Assembly (NCBI GenBank): GCA_947464015.1
Contig: CANHVE010000001.1
Location: 1-51,810, forward strand
Length of the DNA stretch: 51,810 nt
Origin: Saprospirales bacterium
Lineage (GTDB): Bacteria; Bacteroidota; Bacteroidia; Chitinophagales; CAMDFR01
Reading direction: 5' to 3'
The notes under the pieces are model-generated. The model did not search any database. It was given only the letters and a program-made list of their open reading frames with translations, and was not told where the DNA came from. Made by a program: the position numbers and the translations under genes. This document shows, one piece after another, positions 19,131 to 29,346 of the stretch; the first letter of the stretch is position 1, and each line of letters starts with the position of its first letter.

Positions 19131-20732
19131 CTAAGTTTTTTTAATACTTATCGTAAAAGTACTTCCTTTATTGATTTCACTTTGAATATTTATGATCCCT
19201 TTATGTTTTTCAATAATTTTATTCGCTATTGTCAATCCTAGTCCGGTACCTGAATACTCATTTTTATTATGCAGCCTTGCAAAAGCTTCAAATATTTTTG
19301 AACGGTAAGCTTCTTCAATGCCAATACCATTATCGCTAATATCAATATGAATATATAACGGACTTATTCTACTTTGAATATGAACTGTAGGTCTATCCGA
19401 TTTATTATATTTTAGTCCATTCAGTATGATGTTTTGTATCAATAATTCAAGCATTTGTTTGTCACCATACAATTCCGTGTCATTATATAATATAATTTCA
19501 CTATTATTTTCAATTAAAAATAATTCTAATTTATTTTTAATATTATTTACTAATTGCGAAAGATTTACTTGTTCGAAGCGTAATTCGTAATCATGTAATT
19601 TGGTGTATGAAAATAAATTAGATACTAAATCATACATGTTCTCTGCGGCTTTCAGAGAGGTTGTAATATAATCACGCACCGAATCATTGTTCTCTTGCAA
19701 TTTATTCAATAACATTTTTTGATAGATGATAATCATTCGTAGAGGCTCTTTCATATCATGAGATGCAATAAATGAAAAAGTCATCAAGTCTTGATTTTTT
19801 GCTACCACTTCATTAGTCTTATCGTTAAGCATGTTTTGGAACTCCACTCGTTTAGTAACTTTTCTAGAGTTGAGTAATACTTGATTTGCATTGGATAGTT
19901 TTATATTAAACTCATACCAATCATTTGTGCCATTGGCGTTGATAATATTGAATAAATACGAGTTGTTTTCAATCGTTTTATTTTTTAAATCATCATTATA
20001 TCTTTTCACTTCATCATATGAAATAGGATTAATGATCTTAATCACATTTTTGCCAATTAAATCTTCTTGGCTATAACCGGTTAACTCTTTTATAGAAGGA
20101 CTGACGTATAAAACTTCTCCAGTTAAATTTTGAATACTTACAACATCTGATGAGTTTTCTGCCAATAATTTGTACTTAGCATCCAGTTCCTCATTCTCTT
20201 TTCGTCTACTGTTATTAATAGCAGATATGACAAAAATTAGCACAAATGAAGTTAATGCAGTAATATAATAATCGCTATAATCTGAACAGTTTGAATGATT
20301 GCCAATAATCAGTAATAAAATAAATAGTAAAATATTCACCAGTTGAAAAAATAAAAAGGCTCTATAGGTAATAAAATAAATACTTATAATTAAATAATAG
20401 ACTAAGTATTGATAAGCTAATCTGTCTTCAAAATAAGATAAATAGGTAAGTCCTAAGTTTACAATATTTATTATGTATGCAGCAACAAAGGAAAGAAAAT
20501 TTATATTCTTATAAGTGTTTTTAATAAAAAAAGTACTTAGAAATATAAAGAAGAAAACAACGGCCTCCATAAAATTTATTAGTTGGAGTACATGTGCATC
20601 ATTCTCTTTTATTTCATGAGGTAATAAGCTGAATATGATGAAATTGATAAAAGCTGCTAGTATAATAATCCGAAATGCACGGATATCTTGTTTGTCTTTA
20701 GGGAATAAATATAAATGCAGGTCTTTCAACAT
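19131..20732 (-). CDS. Membrane sensor histidine kinase (multi-TM, PAS, HisKA, HATPase_c)
   Basis: 533 aa. It has about 6 N-terminal TM helices, a PAS-like segment (LLAENSSDVVSIQNLTGEVLYVSPSIKELTGYSQEDLIGK), an H-box (SHDMKEPLR), an N-box (NGLKYN) and G-boxes (DNGIGI, GTGLGL). Confidence 0.88.
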   Translation of the reverse strand: MLKDLHLYLFPKDKQDIRAFRIIILAAFINFIIFSLLPHEIKENDAHVLQLINFMEAVVFFFIFLSTFFIKNTYKNINFLSFVAAYIINIVNLGLTYLSYFEDRLAYQYLVYYLIISIYFITYRAFLFFQLVNILLFILLLIIGNHSNCSDYSDYYITALTSFVLIFVISAINNSRRKENEELDAKYKLLAENSSDVVSIQNLTGEVLYVSPSIKELTGYSQEDLIGKNVIKIINPISYDEVKRYNDDLKNKTIENNSYLFNIINANGTNDWYEFNIKLSNANQVLLNSRKVTKRVEFQNMLNDKTNEVVAKNQDLMTFSFIASHDMKEPLRMIIIYQKMLLNKLQENNDSVRDYITTSLKAAENMYDLVSNLFSYTKLHDYELRFEQVNLSQLVNNIKNKLELFLIENNSEIILYNDTELYGDKQMLELLIQNIILNGLKYNKSDRPTVHIQSRISPLYIHIDISDNGIGIEEAYRSKIFEAFARLHNKNEYSGTGLGLTIANKIIEKHKGIINIQSEINKGSTFTISIKKT

Positions 20733-20790
20733 AGATATACGTAAATATAATCATCTATCAACGATTATAAAAATATAATTGATTTTATTT

Positions 20791-22233
20791 CTAATACTTT
20801 ATGCAAACATTTTTTGCTTCTGTAAAGAATCGAAGTGCTTCCCAACCGCCTTCTCTGCCTACTCCACTTGATTTTACACCTCCAAATGGAGTGCGTAAAT
20901 CACGTAATAACCAACAGTTTACCCATACAATTCCACTTTCTAATTTTTCAGCTACTCTATGTGCCCGCTGTAGATCTTTCGTCCAAACAGTTGCCGCTAA
21001 TCCATATTCTGTACTATTGGCCATAGTCAATACTTCTTCTTCTGTTTCAAATGGAGTAATCGTAACTACTGGTCCAAAAATTTCTTCTTGATTAGCTCGA
21101 CATAAATAGCCTACATTTTCAATGATAGTAGGCTCAATAAAATAACCCTCTTTACATCTCTTTGAACTTGGTATAAATTTATTGCCTCCACACAAAATCT
21201 TTCCTCCTTCTTCTTGTGCTATTTGTATATAAGATAATATTTTTGCTTGATGCTCTTTACTTACAACAGCTCCCACATTCACTTCTTGTAAAGGATCTCC
21301 AATGGCTAATTTTTTAACTTCTGCTACAAAAGCATCTTTAAATTTTTCATAAATATTTTTTTGGATAAATATTCTAGAACCACATAAACAAATCTGACCT
21401 TGATTAGCAAACGAACTATGCACAGTAGTCTTTAGCATGTTTTCAAAATCGCAATCATCAAAAATTATATTTGGATTTTTTCCACCTAATTCTAAAGATA
21501 ATTTCTTAAACATTGGCGCAGCTGTGCGTGCCAGATGTTTTCCAGTACTAGTACCACCTGTAAATGAGATGGCTTTAATTTTTGGATGTGCCACTATACT
21601 TTGTCCAATTTGCGCGCCTCTACCATGAACAATATTTAATACTCCAGAAGGTAATCCAGCTTCTATACATATTTCAGAAAGTAAATAGGCCGTCATAGGA
21701 GTTATTTCACTAGGTTTTGCAATTACACAATTACCACTCGCTAAGGCTGGTGCTATTTTCCAAGTGAATAAGTATAAAGGTAAGTTCCAAGGTGAAATAC
21801 AGCCTACAATGCCAATGGGTCTGCGCAATGTATAGTTGATAGCAGTCTGTTCCATAAAATGGCTTTCAGAAGCAAAATGCTCTATAGCCGTTGCGAAAAA
21901 ATGAAAATTATCTACCGCCCTAGGGATATCTACAGAACTTGCCAGTTTTAATGGCTTTCCATTATCTATACTCTCCGCTAAAGCTAATTCAGGTAATTTT
22001 TGTTCAATCAACTCCGAAATTTTTCTTAAATGTTTGGATCGTTTTAAGGCACTTAAATTACTCCAAATGGGGAAAGCTTTCTCAGCAGCTTCTATCGCCA
22101 TTTGTAAATCTTGCTCGTCGCTATCGGGTATTTGAGCATATACTTGTCCACTAGCAGGCTCATAACCATCCATATACATCTTGTTCTGTGGAGCTTGTAA
22201 TTTCCCTCCAATATAATTTTGTATTACTTTCAT
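20791..22233 (-). CDS. NAD(P)-dependent aldehyde dehydrogenase (ALDH8 / muconate-semialdehyde dehydrogenase-like)
   Basis: 480 aa with the catalytic Glu context ELGGKNP, the catalytic Cys context GQICLCGSR, and FTGGTSTG. Confidence 0.88.
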   Translation of the reverse strand: MKVIQNYIGGKLQAPQNKMYMDGYEPASGQVYAQIPDSDEQDLQMAIEAAEKAFPIWSNLSALKRSKHLRKISELIEQKLPELALAESIDNGKPLKLASSVDIPRAVDNFHFFATAIEHFASESHFMEQTAINYTLRRPIGIVGCISPWNLPLYLFTWKIAPALASGNCVIAKPSEITPMTAYLLSEICIEAGLPSGVLNIVHGRGAQIGQSIVAHPKIKAISFTGGTSTGKHLARTAAPMFKKLSLELGGKNPNIIFDDCDFENMLKTTVHSSFANQGQICLCGSRIFIQKNIYEKFKDAFVAEVKKLAIGDPLQEVNVGAVVSKEHQAKILSYIQIAQEEGGKILCGGNKFIPSSKRCKEGYFIEPTIIENVGYLCRANQEEIFGPVVTITPFETEEEVLTMANSTEYGLAATVWTKDLQRAHRVAEKLESGIVWVNCWLLRDLRTPFGGVKSSGVGREGGWEALRFFTEAKNVCIKY

Positions 22234-22367
22234 CGTAATGTAAAACTATAAAACTAATTTGTATTTAACCCATTCAAATTATTAGAAATAAGCCTAAAAA
22301 GCTTGATTTTTTATCGTTAACAAAACTTAATTCTTTGATATATAGTAAAAAATGTCACTAGATTTTC

Positions 22368-22375
22368 TATTTTTG
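22368..22375 (+). promoter_or_regulatory. Candidate -7 box (TATTTTTG) for the uppS-bamA operon
   Basis: It matches TAnnTTTG and lies 29 nt upstream of the uppS ATG, in a 170-bp divergent intergenic region. There is no well-spaced -33 TTTG. Confidence 0.35.
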
Positions 22376-22403
22376 CCAAGCATTTTTTCATATTTAACAC
22401 TAT

Positions 22404-23159
22404 ATGACTTTAAAAGATAAAATCGATCTTGATAAATTACCTAATCACATCGCCATTATTATGGATGGAAATGGTAGATGGGCAAAAGAGAAAGGTAAAA
22501 ATAGAATTTTCGGTCATAGCAATGGTGTGCAGAGTGTACGTGAGGTTTCTGAAGCATGTGCAGAGCTTGGTGTTAAATGCCTTACTTTATATGCCTTTTC
22601 TACAGAGAATTGGAATCGACCAAAACTAGAAGTTACAGCATTAATGGAATTATTAGTACAAACCATACGAAAGGAAACTAAAACATTAATGAAAAACGAT
22701 ATCCGTCTAAAAGCAATAGGGAATCTATCTTCATTGCCTCCTCGATGTTATAATGAATTAATGGAGAGTATTGAAATTACCAAGGATAACAAACGACTAG
22801 ATTTAGTACTTGCACTTAGCTATAGTGGTAGAGATGAACTACTTCAAGCATGTAAAAAAATAGCTACAGAGGTTCAAAATGGACAATTAAAGACAGAAGA
22901 AATTACAGAAGATTTAATACAAAAAAATTTATATACGCATGATATCCCAGATCCTGAATTATTAATCAGAACAAGTGGCGAACATCGTGTAAGTAATTTT
23001 TTATTATGGCAAATCGCTTATGCAGAATTTTATTTTACAGAAAAATATTGGCCAGAATTCAGAAAAGAAGATCTGTATGAATCGATTATCAATTTTCAAA
23101 ATAGAGAAAGAAGATTTGGCAAAACCAGCGAACAGCTTTCAGTAGGTCCCTCAAAATAA
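22404..23159 (+). CDS. uppS: Undecaprenyl diphosphate synthase
   Basis: 251 aa. The motifs HIAIIMDGNGRWA, LTLYAFSTENWNRP, IRTSGEHRVSNFLLWQ and ERRFG are canonical. Confidence 0.95.
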   Translation: MTLKDKIDLDKLPNHIAIIMDGNGRWAKEKGKNRIFGHSNGVQSVREVSEACAELGVKCLTLYAFSTENWNRPKLEVTALMELLVQTIRKETKTLMKNDIRLKAIGNLSSLPPRCYNELMESIEITKDNKRLDLVLALSYSGRDELLQACKKIATEVQNGQLKTEEITEDLIQKNLYTHDIPDPELLIRTSGEHRVSNFLLWQIAYAEFYFTEKYWPEFRKEDLYESIINFQNRERRFGKTSEQLSVGPSK

Positions 23160-23162
23160 ATT

Positions 23163-25808
23163 ATGAAATACATCCAAAATAAATATGTTTTATTGCTATG
23201 GGCTATTTGTTGCCTTCAGGTAACTCAATTGTATTCTCAAGAAGAATCTTCTATCATGGATTATTCATCTCCTCGTGAATATGAAATTGGAACTATTGAT
23301 GTACAAGGAACACAGTATTTAGATAAAAATGTATTGAAATCAATTTCAGGTTTAAGACCTGGTATGAAAGTAAATATCCCAGGGGAAGATATCTCTGCCG
23401 CTATTAAAAATCTATGGGACCAAAAATTATTTGCTAAAGTTGATATTATATTAGATAGAACAGTTGGAAATACAGCTTTTCTAATCATCAAATTAGAAGA
23501 ACGTCCACGTTTATCTCGTTATGTATTTAAAGGAATAAAAGGTACAGATGTGGATGAATTACGTAAAAAATTAAATTTAACATCTGGCCAAATCATTACA
23601 GAAAATCTAAAATTTATCTCTTCCAAAATTGTAAAAGATTACTTTAATGATAAAGGATTTCTAGCAGCTAAAGTTAATTTAGAAGAAGAAACAGATAGCA
23701 CTTTTAGAGTAAACAGCCGTAAGATTGTTATATATGTAGATAAAGGTCAAAAAGTAAAAATAAATGCAATCAATTTTTATGGTGTTGAAAATGTAAGCCA
23801 AAGTAAATTGATGCGTCAAATGAAAGAAACTCGCGAAAAACTTAAATTTGATGTAGGCGAAATGTTAAAAGCAAAAGCCAATCGTAAAGATCCACGTAAA
23901 TGGAATTTTGCTCGTATGTTGGCGAATATTTCACCAACTTATATTTATGAATATATAGATCGTTTTGCTAATTTAAATTTTTTAAAGACTTCTAAATTTG
24001 ATAAAAATAACTATGAGAAAGATAAAGAAAAACTCATAGCAATGTATAATAATTTAGGATATAGAGACGCACGTATTGAAAAGGATAGTGTCTATATGAA
24101 AGATGAATCGAATATGAATATAGATATTTATATCGTAGAAGGAAGTCAGTATTATATTCGAAATATCTTTTGGAGAGGCAATCAAAAATATAATGACTCA
24201 ACCCTCAACTATACATTAAATATCAAAAAAGGTACTATTTATAACCAATCATTATTAGATGAGAAATTACAAATGAGTCAATCAGGTAATGATGTAAGCT
24301 CACTCTATATGGATGATGGTTATTTATTCTTTCAAGTAACACCAACCGAAATAAATATCGAGAACGATTCAGTTGATTTAGAGATGCGTATGTTTGAAGG
24401 GGCTCAAGCAACTATTAATCAAATTCGAATCAGTGGGAATACTAAAACAAACGAACATGTTATCAGAAGAGAGTTACGTATCATTCCAGGAGATAAATTT
24501 AGCAGAGCAGATTTGATAAGATCACAAAGAGAAATTTCTCAATTAGGATACTTTGATCCAGAACAAATAGAAATCGTTCCAATTCCTAATCCTGAAAATG
24601 GTACCGTAGATATAGAGTTTAAAGTAGTTGAAAAACCAAGTGATCAACTAGAGCTAAGTGCAGGTTGGGGAGGTAGAGGCAATGGTATTGTGGGTACTGC
24701 AGGGGTATCTTTCACTAATTTTTCAATTAAAAATATATTTAAAAAAGATGCTTGGGCTCCACTTCCAACTGGTGATGGACAAAAATTATCACTTCGTGTG
24801 CAATCGAATGGTAAATTATATCAATCCTATAATTTCTCCTTTACTGAACCATGGTTAGGAGGTAAAAAACCAAACTCATTATCATTATCTTTCTCAAGAA
24901 CTCACTATAATAATATAGATGCAACTACTAGAAAGATAGATGGTTGGATTCGTACTACTAGCGCCACTTTAGCTTATGGTACTCGATTAAAATGGCCAGA
25001 TGATTATTTTACTTTCTTGCCTTCTATTAACTATCAATTATATGGATTAAAAAATTGGACAACTAATAGCTTCTTATTTGCAAATGGCTATTCGCATAAT
25101 TTAAATATCAATTTATTATTATCGCGTAATTCAATTGATGCTCCTATTTATCCTAGACGTGGGGCTAATATTGAAGCATCTGTACAATTTACTTTGCCAT
25201 ATTCATATATGTTTAATGCACGTAAACTAGATTATGAAAATCCTGATTTGCCAGCGAGTGATCGATACAAATGGTTAGAGTATCATAAATGGAAGTTGAA
25301 AGTAGATTGGTATGCACCACTGTCTAAAAACCAAAAATTAGTTTTTAGAGCTACAGCCAAACTAGGATTTATGTTTACTTATAACAATAAATTAGGACTT
25401 ACGCCATTTGAAAGATTCCAAGTAGGTGGAGACGGTATTTCATCTTTCCGTTTAACACCTGTAGATATTATATCTCTTAGAGGTTATGATGTATTCACTG
25501 GGGATAATGGGGCTCCAATTTATAATAAATTTAGTATGGAGTTAAGATATCCATTCTCCTTAAATCCATCTGCAACTATATTTGCATTAATATTTGCAGA
25601 AGGTGGTAATGCTTATAGTGATATTAAGAAGTACAATCCCCTAAATCTTAAGCGTTCAGTAGGTGCTGGTGTGCGAGTATTTCTTCCAATGTTTGGGCTA
25701 TTAGGCTTTGATTATGGCATAGGCTTTGATAATACACCGAATACTGGTACAAATATCTTTAGTAAATATGGACGATTTAGAGTAATATTAGGTTTTGAGC
25801 CAGAATAA
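23163..25808 (+). CDS. bamA: Outer-membrane protein assembly factor BamA
   Basis: 881 aa with a signal peptide, repeated POTRA-like modules and a C-terminal beta-barrel ending in an aromatic-rich segment. It is flanked by uppS and skp genes. Confidence 0.9.
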   Translation: MKYIQNKYVLLLWAICCLQVTQLYSQEESSIMDYSSPREYEIGTIDVQGTQYLDKNVLKSISGLRPGMKVNIPGEDISAAIKNLWDQKLFAKVDIILDRTVGNTAFLIIKLEERPRLSRYVFKGIKGTDVDELRKKLNLTSGQIITENLKFISSKIVKDYFNDKGFLAAKVNLEEETDSTFRVNSRKIVIYVDKGQKVKINAINFYGVENVSQSKLMRQMKETREKLKFDVGEMLKAKANRKDPRKWNFARMLANISPTYIYEYIDRFANLNFLKTSKFDKNNYEKDKEKLIAMYNNLGYRDARIEKDSVYMKDESNMNIDIYIVEGSQYYIRNIFWRGNQKYNDSTLNYTLNIKKGTIYNQSLLDEKLQMSQSGNDVSSLYMDDGYLFFQVTPTEINIENDSVDLEMRMFEGAQATINQIRISGNTKTNEHVIRRELRIIPGDKFSRADLIRSQREISQLGYFDPEQIEIVPIPNPENGTVDIEFKVVEKPSDQLELSAGWGGRGNGIVGTAGVSFTNFSIKNIFKKDAWAPLPTGDGQKLSLRVQSNGKLYQSYNFSFTEPWLGGKKPNSLSLSFSRTHYNNIDATTRKIDGWIRTTSATLAYGTRLKWPDDYFTFLPSINYQLYGLKNWTTNSFLFANGYSHNLNINLLLSRNSIDAPIYPRRGANIEASVQFTLPYSYMFNARKLDYENPDLPASDRYKWLEYHKWKLKVDWYAPLSKNQKLVFRATAKLGFMFTYNNKLGLTPFERFQVGGDGISSFRLTPVDIISLRGYDVFTGDNGAPIYNKFSMELRYPFSLNPSATIFALIFAEGGNAYSDIKKYNPLNLKRSVGAGVRVFLPMFGLLGFDYGIGFDNTPNTGTNIFSKYGRFRVILGFEPE

Positions 25809-25833
25809 TTTTAAAAGTATAAATTAAAACAAA

Positions 25834-26346
25834 ATGAAAAAATTATTAGTGTTAATTGCTTTCGCATTTGGTATCGGATTTCAATCAAATGCACAAAAAA
25901 TTGCTTATGTGGATATGGATTATATCTTAAAAGCTATGCCAGCATATCAAAGAGCACAAAAAAGTTTAGATGAATTCTCAGCAACTTGGCAAAAAGATAT
26001 AGAAACTAAAATGGCTGAGGTAAGTAAAATGTATAATACCTTTCAAAGTGAACAAGTTTTATTAACAGAGTCGTTGAAACAGCAAAGAATGGCAGCTATA
26101 GAAGCTAAAGAAAAGGAAATCAAACAATTGCAAAAAGATAAATTTGGTCCAAGTGGCGAATTATTCAAAAAAAGACAGGAATTAATCAAGCCAATCCAGG
26201 ATCAAGTGTATAACGAAATACAAAAATTAGCTACAGAAAAAAAATATGATTTTATCTTTGACAAAGCTAATGGTCCGTATATGTTATATGTAAATCCACT
26301 TTATGATAAAAGTGATGAGATATTACAAGGATTAGGCATAAAATAA
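25834..26346 (+). CDS. OmpH/Skp-family periplasmic chaperone (copy 1)
   Basis: 170 aa with a signal peptide, the KIAYVDMDYIL start and a long coiled-coil Lys/Glu/Gln-rich body. It is downstream of bamA. Confidence 0.85.
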   Translation: MKKLLVLIAFAFGIGFQSNAQKIAYVDMDYILKAMPAYQRAQKSLDEFSATWQKDIETKMAEVSKMYNTFQSEQVLLTESLKQQRMAAIEAKEKEIKQLQKDKFGPSGELFKKRQELIKPIQDQVYNEIQKLATEKKYDFIFDKANGPYMLYVNPLYDKSDEILQGLGIK

Positions 26347-26391
26347 ATATATATTACTTCAACCAATTATTATTAAACAAAAAAAAGAAAA

Positions 26392-26901
26392 ATGAACAAA
26401 TTAATTTTAGCTATCAGCATCTTTACCGCTGTTTTATTAACGTCTGAATTGAAAGCACAGAAATTTGGTTATGTGAATAGTCAAGAATTATTATTAGCTA
26501 TGCCAGAGACTAAAAAAATGGATACATTATTGTCTAAAAGATCTGATGAATATCAATTACAAATTCAAAAAATGTATCAAGAATATCAGTTAAAAACTGA
26601 TGATTATCAGAAAAAAGTGGCTTCAGGTAATATGTCTCCTTTAATCAAAGAAGCAACTGAGAAAGAATTATTATCTATGGAAAATAATATTAAAGAATTT
26701 CAACAAAAAGCAGAAGAAGAATTAGACAAATATCAGTCTCAATTAATAGCTCCAATTCAAGAAAAAGCATTGAATGCTATTAAAACTGTTGCTAAAACTG
26801 CAGGTTATACTTATATTTTTGATGATTCTAGTGGAGCATTATTATATAAACCAGATGGAGATAATGTTACTGCATTAGTAAAAAAACAATTAGGTATTTA
26901 A
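26392..26901 (+). CDS. OmpH/Skp-family periplasmic chaperone (copy 2)
   Basis: 169 aa with a signal peptide, the KFGYVNSQELL start and a coiled-coil body. It is a tandem paralogue of the preceding gene. Confidence 0.85.
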   Translation: MNKLILAISIFTAVLLTSELKAQKFGYVNSQELLLAMPETKKMDTLLSKRSDEYQLQIQKMYQEYQLKTDDYQKKVASGNMSPLIKEATEKELLSMENNIKEFQQKAEEELDKYQSQLIAPIQEKALNAIKTVAKTAGYTYIFDDSSGALLYKPDGDNVTALVKKQLGI

Positions 26902-26922
26902 TTAAACAAATAATTATTTGCT

Positions 26923-27747
26923 TTGAAACATCGAGCAAATCAAGCTATTGGAATTTTTGATTCTGGAATTGGCGGCCTTACGGTCGCCAATGCTATTTCA
27001 AAACATTTGCCTCAAGAAGAACTTATCTATTTTGGGGATACAGCGAATATGCCATACGGCGATAAATCAAAAGATTTAATTAAATCATACGCATTAGAAA
27101 TTACCAATTTCTTATTGAATGAAAAAAAATGCAAAGCAATCGTTATTGCATGTAATACAGCTTCTGCAGCAGCCTATGAATATTTAAGAGATGTAAACAA
27201 AGGAGCTACTCCTATAATTAATGTAATAGACCCAATTGTAGAAGCTGTAATTGCAGATGACACCATCCATAAAGTGGGACTGATAGCTACTAAAACTACG
27301 GTCGAATCAGGAATTTATCAAGAAAAAATAGCTAGAAGAAAACCTAGCTTATTGCAAGTAGCTTTGCCCACTCCTTTGTTAGCAAAAATGATTGAAGAAG
27401 GATTTTATAATGACCAGATTAGTCATGCAGTCATTGAAAAATATTTAAATGATGTGATACTAGATGGAATTGATGCATTAATATTAGGATGTACACATTA
27501 TGTTCTCATCAGAGATGAAATTAATCAACATTATAATAATCAAATAAAACTTTTTGACTCAACAGATATAGTGGCTCTTAAATTAAAAGGTATTCTTGAA
27601 AATGAAGGTTTATTAAATACTAAACGAAAGAATGAAAATGTATTTTATATCTCAGATATGACTGAGAACTTTAGAGAAAGTGCCAAAATGTTTTATGGAG
27701 AAAAAATTAATTTAGAATTGTATAAAATTTGGAATAAAATCAACTAG
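26923..27747 (+). CDS. murI: Glutamate racemase
   Basis: 274 aa with IGIFDSGIGGLTV, the ACNTAS catalytic Cys and the GCTHY second Cys. A TTG start is forced: there is an in-frame TAA 4 codons upstream and no ATG before the conserved N-terminal motif. Confidence 0.93.
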   Translation: MKHRANQAIGIFDSGIGGLTVANAISKHLPQEELIYFGDTANMPYGDKSKDLIKSYALEITNFLLNEKKCKAIVIACNTASAAAYEYLRDVNKGATPIINVIDPIVEAVIADDTIHKVGLIATKTTVESGIYQEKIARRKPSLLQVALPTPLLAKMIEEGFYNDQISHAVIEKYLNDVILDGIDALILGCTHYVLIRDEINQHYNNQIKLFDSTDIVALKLKGILENEGLLNTKRKNENVFYISDMTENFRESAKMFYGEKINLELYKIWNKIN

Positions 27748-27749
27748 TT

Positions 27750-28937
27750 ATGAAAAAATTAATCTTATACTTAATCATAACAAATGCAAGTATATATAGC
27801 TATTCACAAGGAATTGTTTTTGAACATGGAACCTTTCAGGAGGCATTAAATAAAGCGAAAGCTGAAAATAAATTACTTTTCATGGATTGCTATACTAATT
27901 GGTGTGGGCCTTGTAAAATGCTTCAAAATAACACTTTCCCTAATGAAGAAGTAGGCACTTTTTTTAATGATAATTTCATTTGTTATAAAATGGAATGTGA
28001 GCATGATGAAGGTCCAACTATTTGCAATAGATTCGCAATTAGTGCCTATCCGACTCTATTATTTATAGATGGCGATGGAAAAGTGGTACAAAAATCTATG
28101 GGATATAGACCCTCAGAAAGTTTAATATCGGAAGGAAAAAGAGCACTAGGTGGAAGCACTGCACTATTAGGTGAATATAAAACCAAATATCAAAATGGAG
28201 ATAAATCAGAGGCTATATTGAAAGGACTAGTACTCAATTTAGCTAAAAATGGGGAGTCGTTTGATATCTATTGGAAAGAATATTTGGCTACTCAAAAAAT
28301 TGAAAATTTGTTGAGTGATGAGAATGCCAAAATGATTTTTGAATTAACTAATTCCATCAATTCTCCTTCGATTAGCTATTTCAAAGAATTTAAAGACTAC
28401 TTTATTGAAAAATATGGAGCAGAAAGTTATGAACGTAAACAAGAAAGTATTGTTTCTAAGTCGGTAAAAGAAGCGGTTTTGAAAAACGATAAAACCCTAT
28501 TTAATAATGCCATCATGCTGCTTCAATCAAATAAAATGAGTAGAGGTGCAGAAATTATACAAAAGCAAAGTATGGTTTTCTATAGCGGTGTGAATGATAT
28601 GGTGAATTATGATAAGGTTGCTATGGCTTTTTTAAAGAAAAATAAACTTGTAGCACCTCCTGTTTTCAGCGATATTATGGATAAATATATTCATAATATT
28701 GAAAATTCATCACTATTGAATAAAGCAGTTGCAATTTGTAAAAAGAGTATATCAAATGAGAATAAATATTATAACAACTTAATATTGGCTAGCTTACTCT
28801 ATAAAATGAATAATAAAACGGATGCTTATGCTATTGGACAGTATGCTATTGAACTAGGTAAAATAGAAGGTGTAAATTATTGGCCAGCTCAAGAATTAGT
28901 AAATAAAATTCAAATAGAAAGAGGAGCCAAAAAATAA
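27750..28937 (+). CDS. Secreted thioredoxin-fold protein with a helical C-terminal domain
   Basis: 395 aa with a signal peptide and a thioredoxin motif (WCGPCKML). The ~270-aa C-terminal helical region has unknown function. It starts 2 nt after murI. Confidence 0.7.
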   Translation: MKKLILYLIITNASIYSYSQGIVFEHGTFQEALNKAKAENKLLFMDCYTNWCGPCKMLQNNTFPNEEVGTFFNDNFICYKMECEHDEGPTICNRFAISAYPTLLFIDGDGKVVQKSMGYRPSESLISEGKRALGGSTALLGEYKTKYQNGDKSEAILKGLVLNLAKNGESFDIYWKEYLATQKIENLLSDENAKMIFELTNSINSPSISYFKEFKDYFIEKYGAESYERKQESIVSKSVKEAVLKNDKTLFNNAIMLLQSNKMSRGAEIIQKQSMVFYSGVNDMVNYDKVAMAFLKKNKLVAPPVFSDIMDKYIHNIENSSLLNKAVAICKKSISNENKYYNNLILASLLYKMNNKTDAYAIGQYAIELGKIEGVNYWPAQELVNKIQIERGAKK

Positions 28938-29264
28938 CTATATAGAGAAACTTTCTCCACAGGCACAGGTTCTTGAAGCATTCGGATTTTCAAAATAAAA
29001 GCCTTTGCCATTTAGTCCCTCTGAGAAATCAAGAGTAGTGTTAACTACATATAAAAAACTTCGTAAATCAGTGACTAATTTCACGCCCTTATCTTCAAAA
29101 ATTTGATCATCAGCTTCTAGTTGATTGTCGAATTTTAAATCATAACTTAATCCGGAACAACCACCACCCTTCACAGAAACTCTTACAAAATAATCTGCAC
29201 TATAATTATTTTCTTTATAAATATTTTCAATACGTGATTTGGCAATGTCTGATACAAAAAGCAT
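28938..29264 (-). CDS. IscA/HesB-family iron-sulfur cluster insertion protein
   Basis: I prefer the start at MLFVSDIAKSRIENI (track ORF M17). Family features are VRVSVKGGGCSGLSY and the C-terminal CACGESF cysteines. The upstream 16 codons of the track ORF are probably not translated. Confidence 0.85.
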   Translation of the reverse strand: MLFVSDIAKSRIENIYKENNYSADYFVRVSVKGGGCSGLSYDLKFDNQLEADDQIFEDKGVKLVTDLRSFLYVVNTTLDFSEGLNGKGFYFENPNASRTCACGESFSI

Positions 29265-29346
29265 GTTGAATAGTATTATCTTTGATTTATTAATCGATAC
29301 AAATTTAAACAACTTAAGTCTAAATTAAGTTCATAAATCTATATTC

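Noticed and set aside
22234-22403. I examined the 170-bp divergent region between the aldehyde dehydrogenase gene and uppS for an sRNA or riboswitch.
   Set aside because: It holds only a single -7-like box and trivial 4-bp hairpins. Nothing goes beyond an ordinary divergent promoter region.
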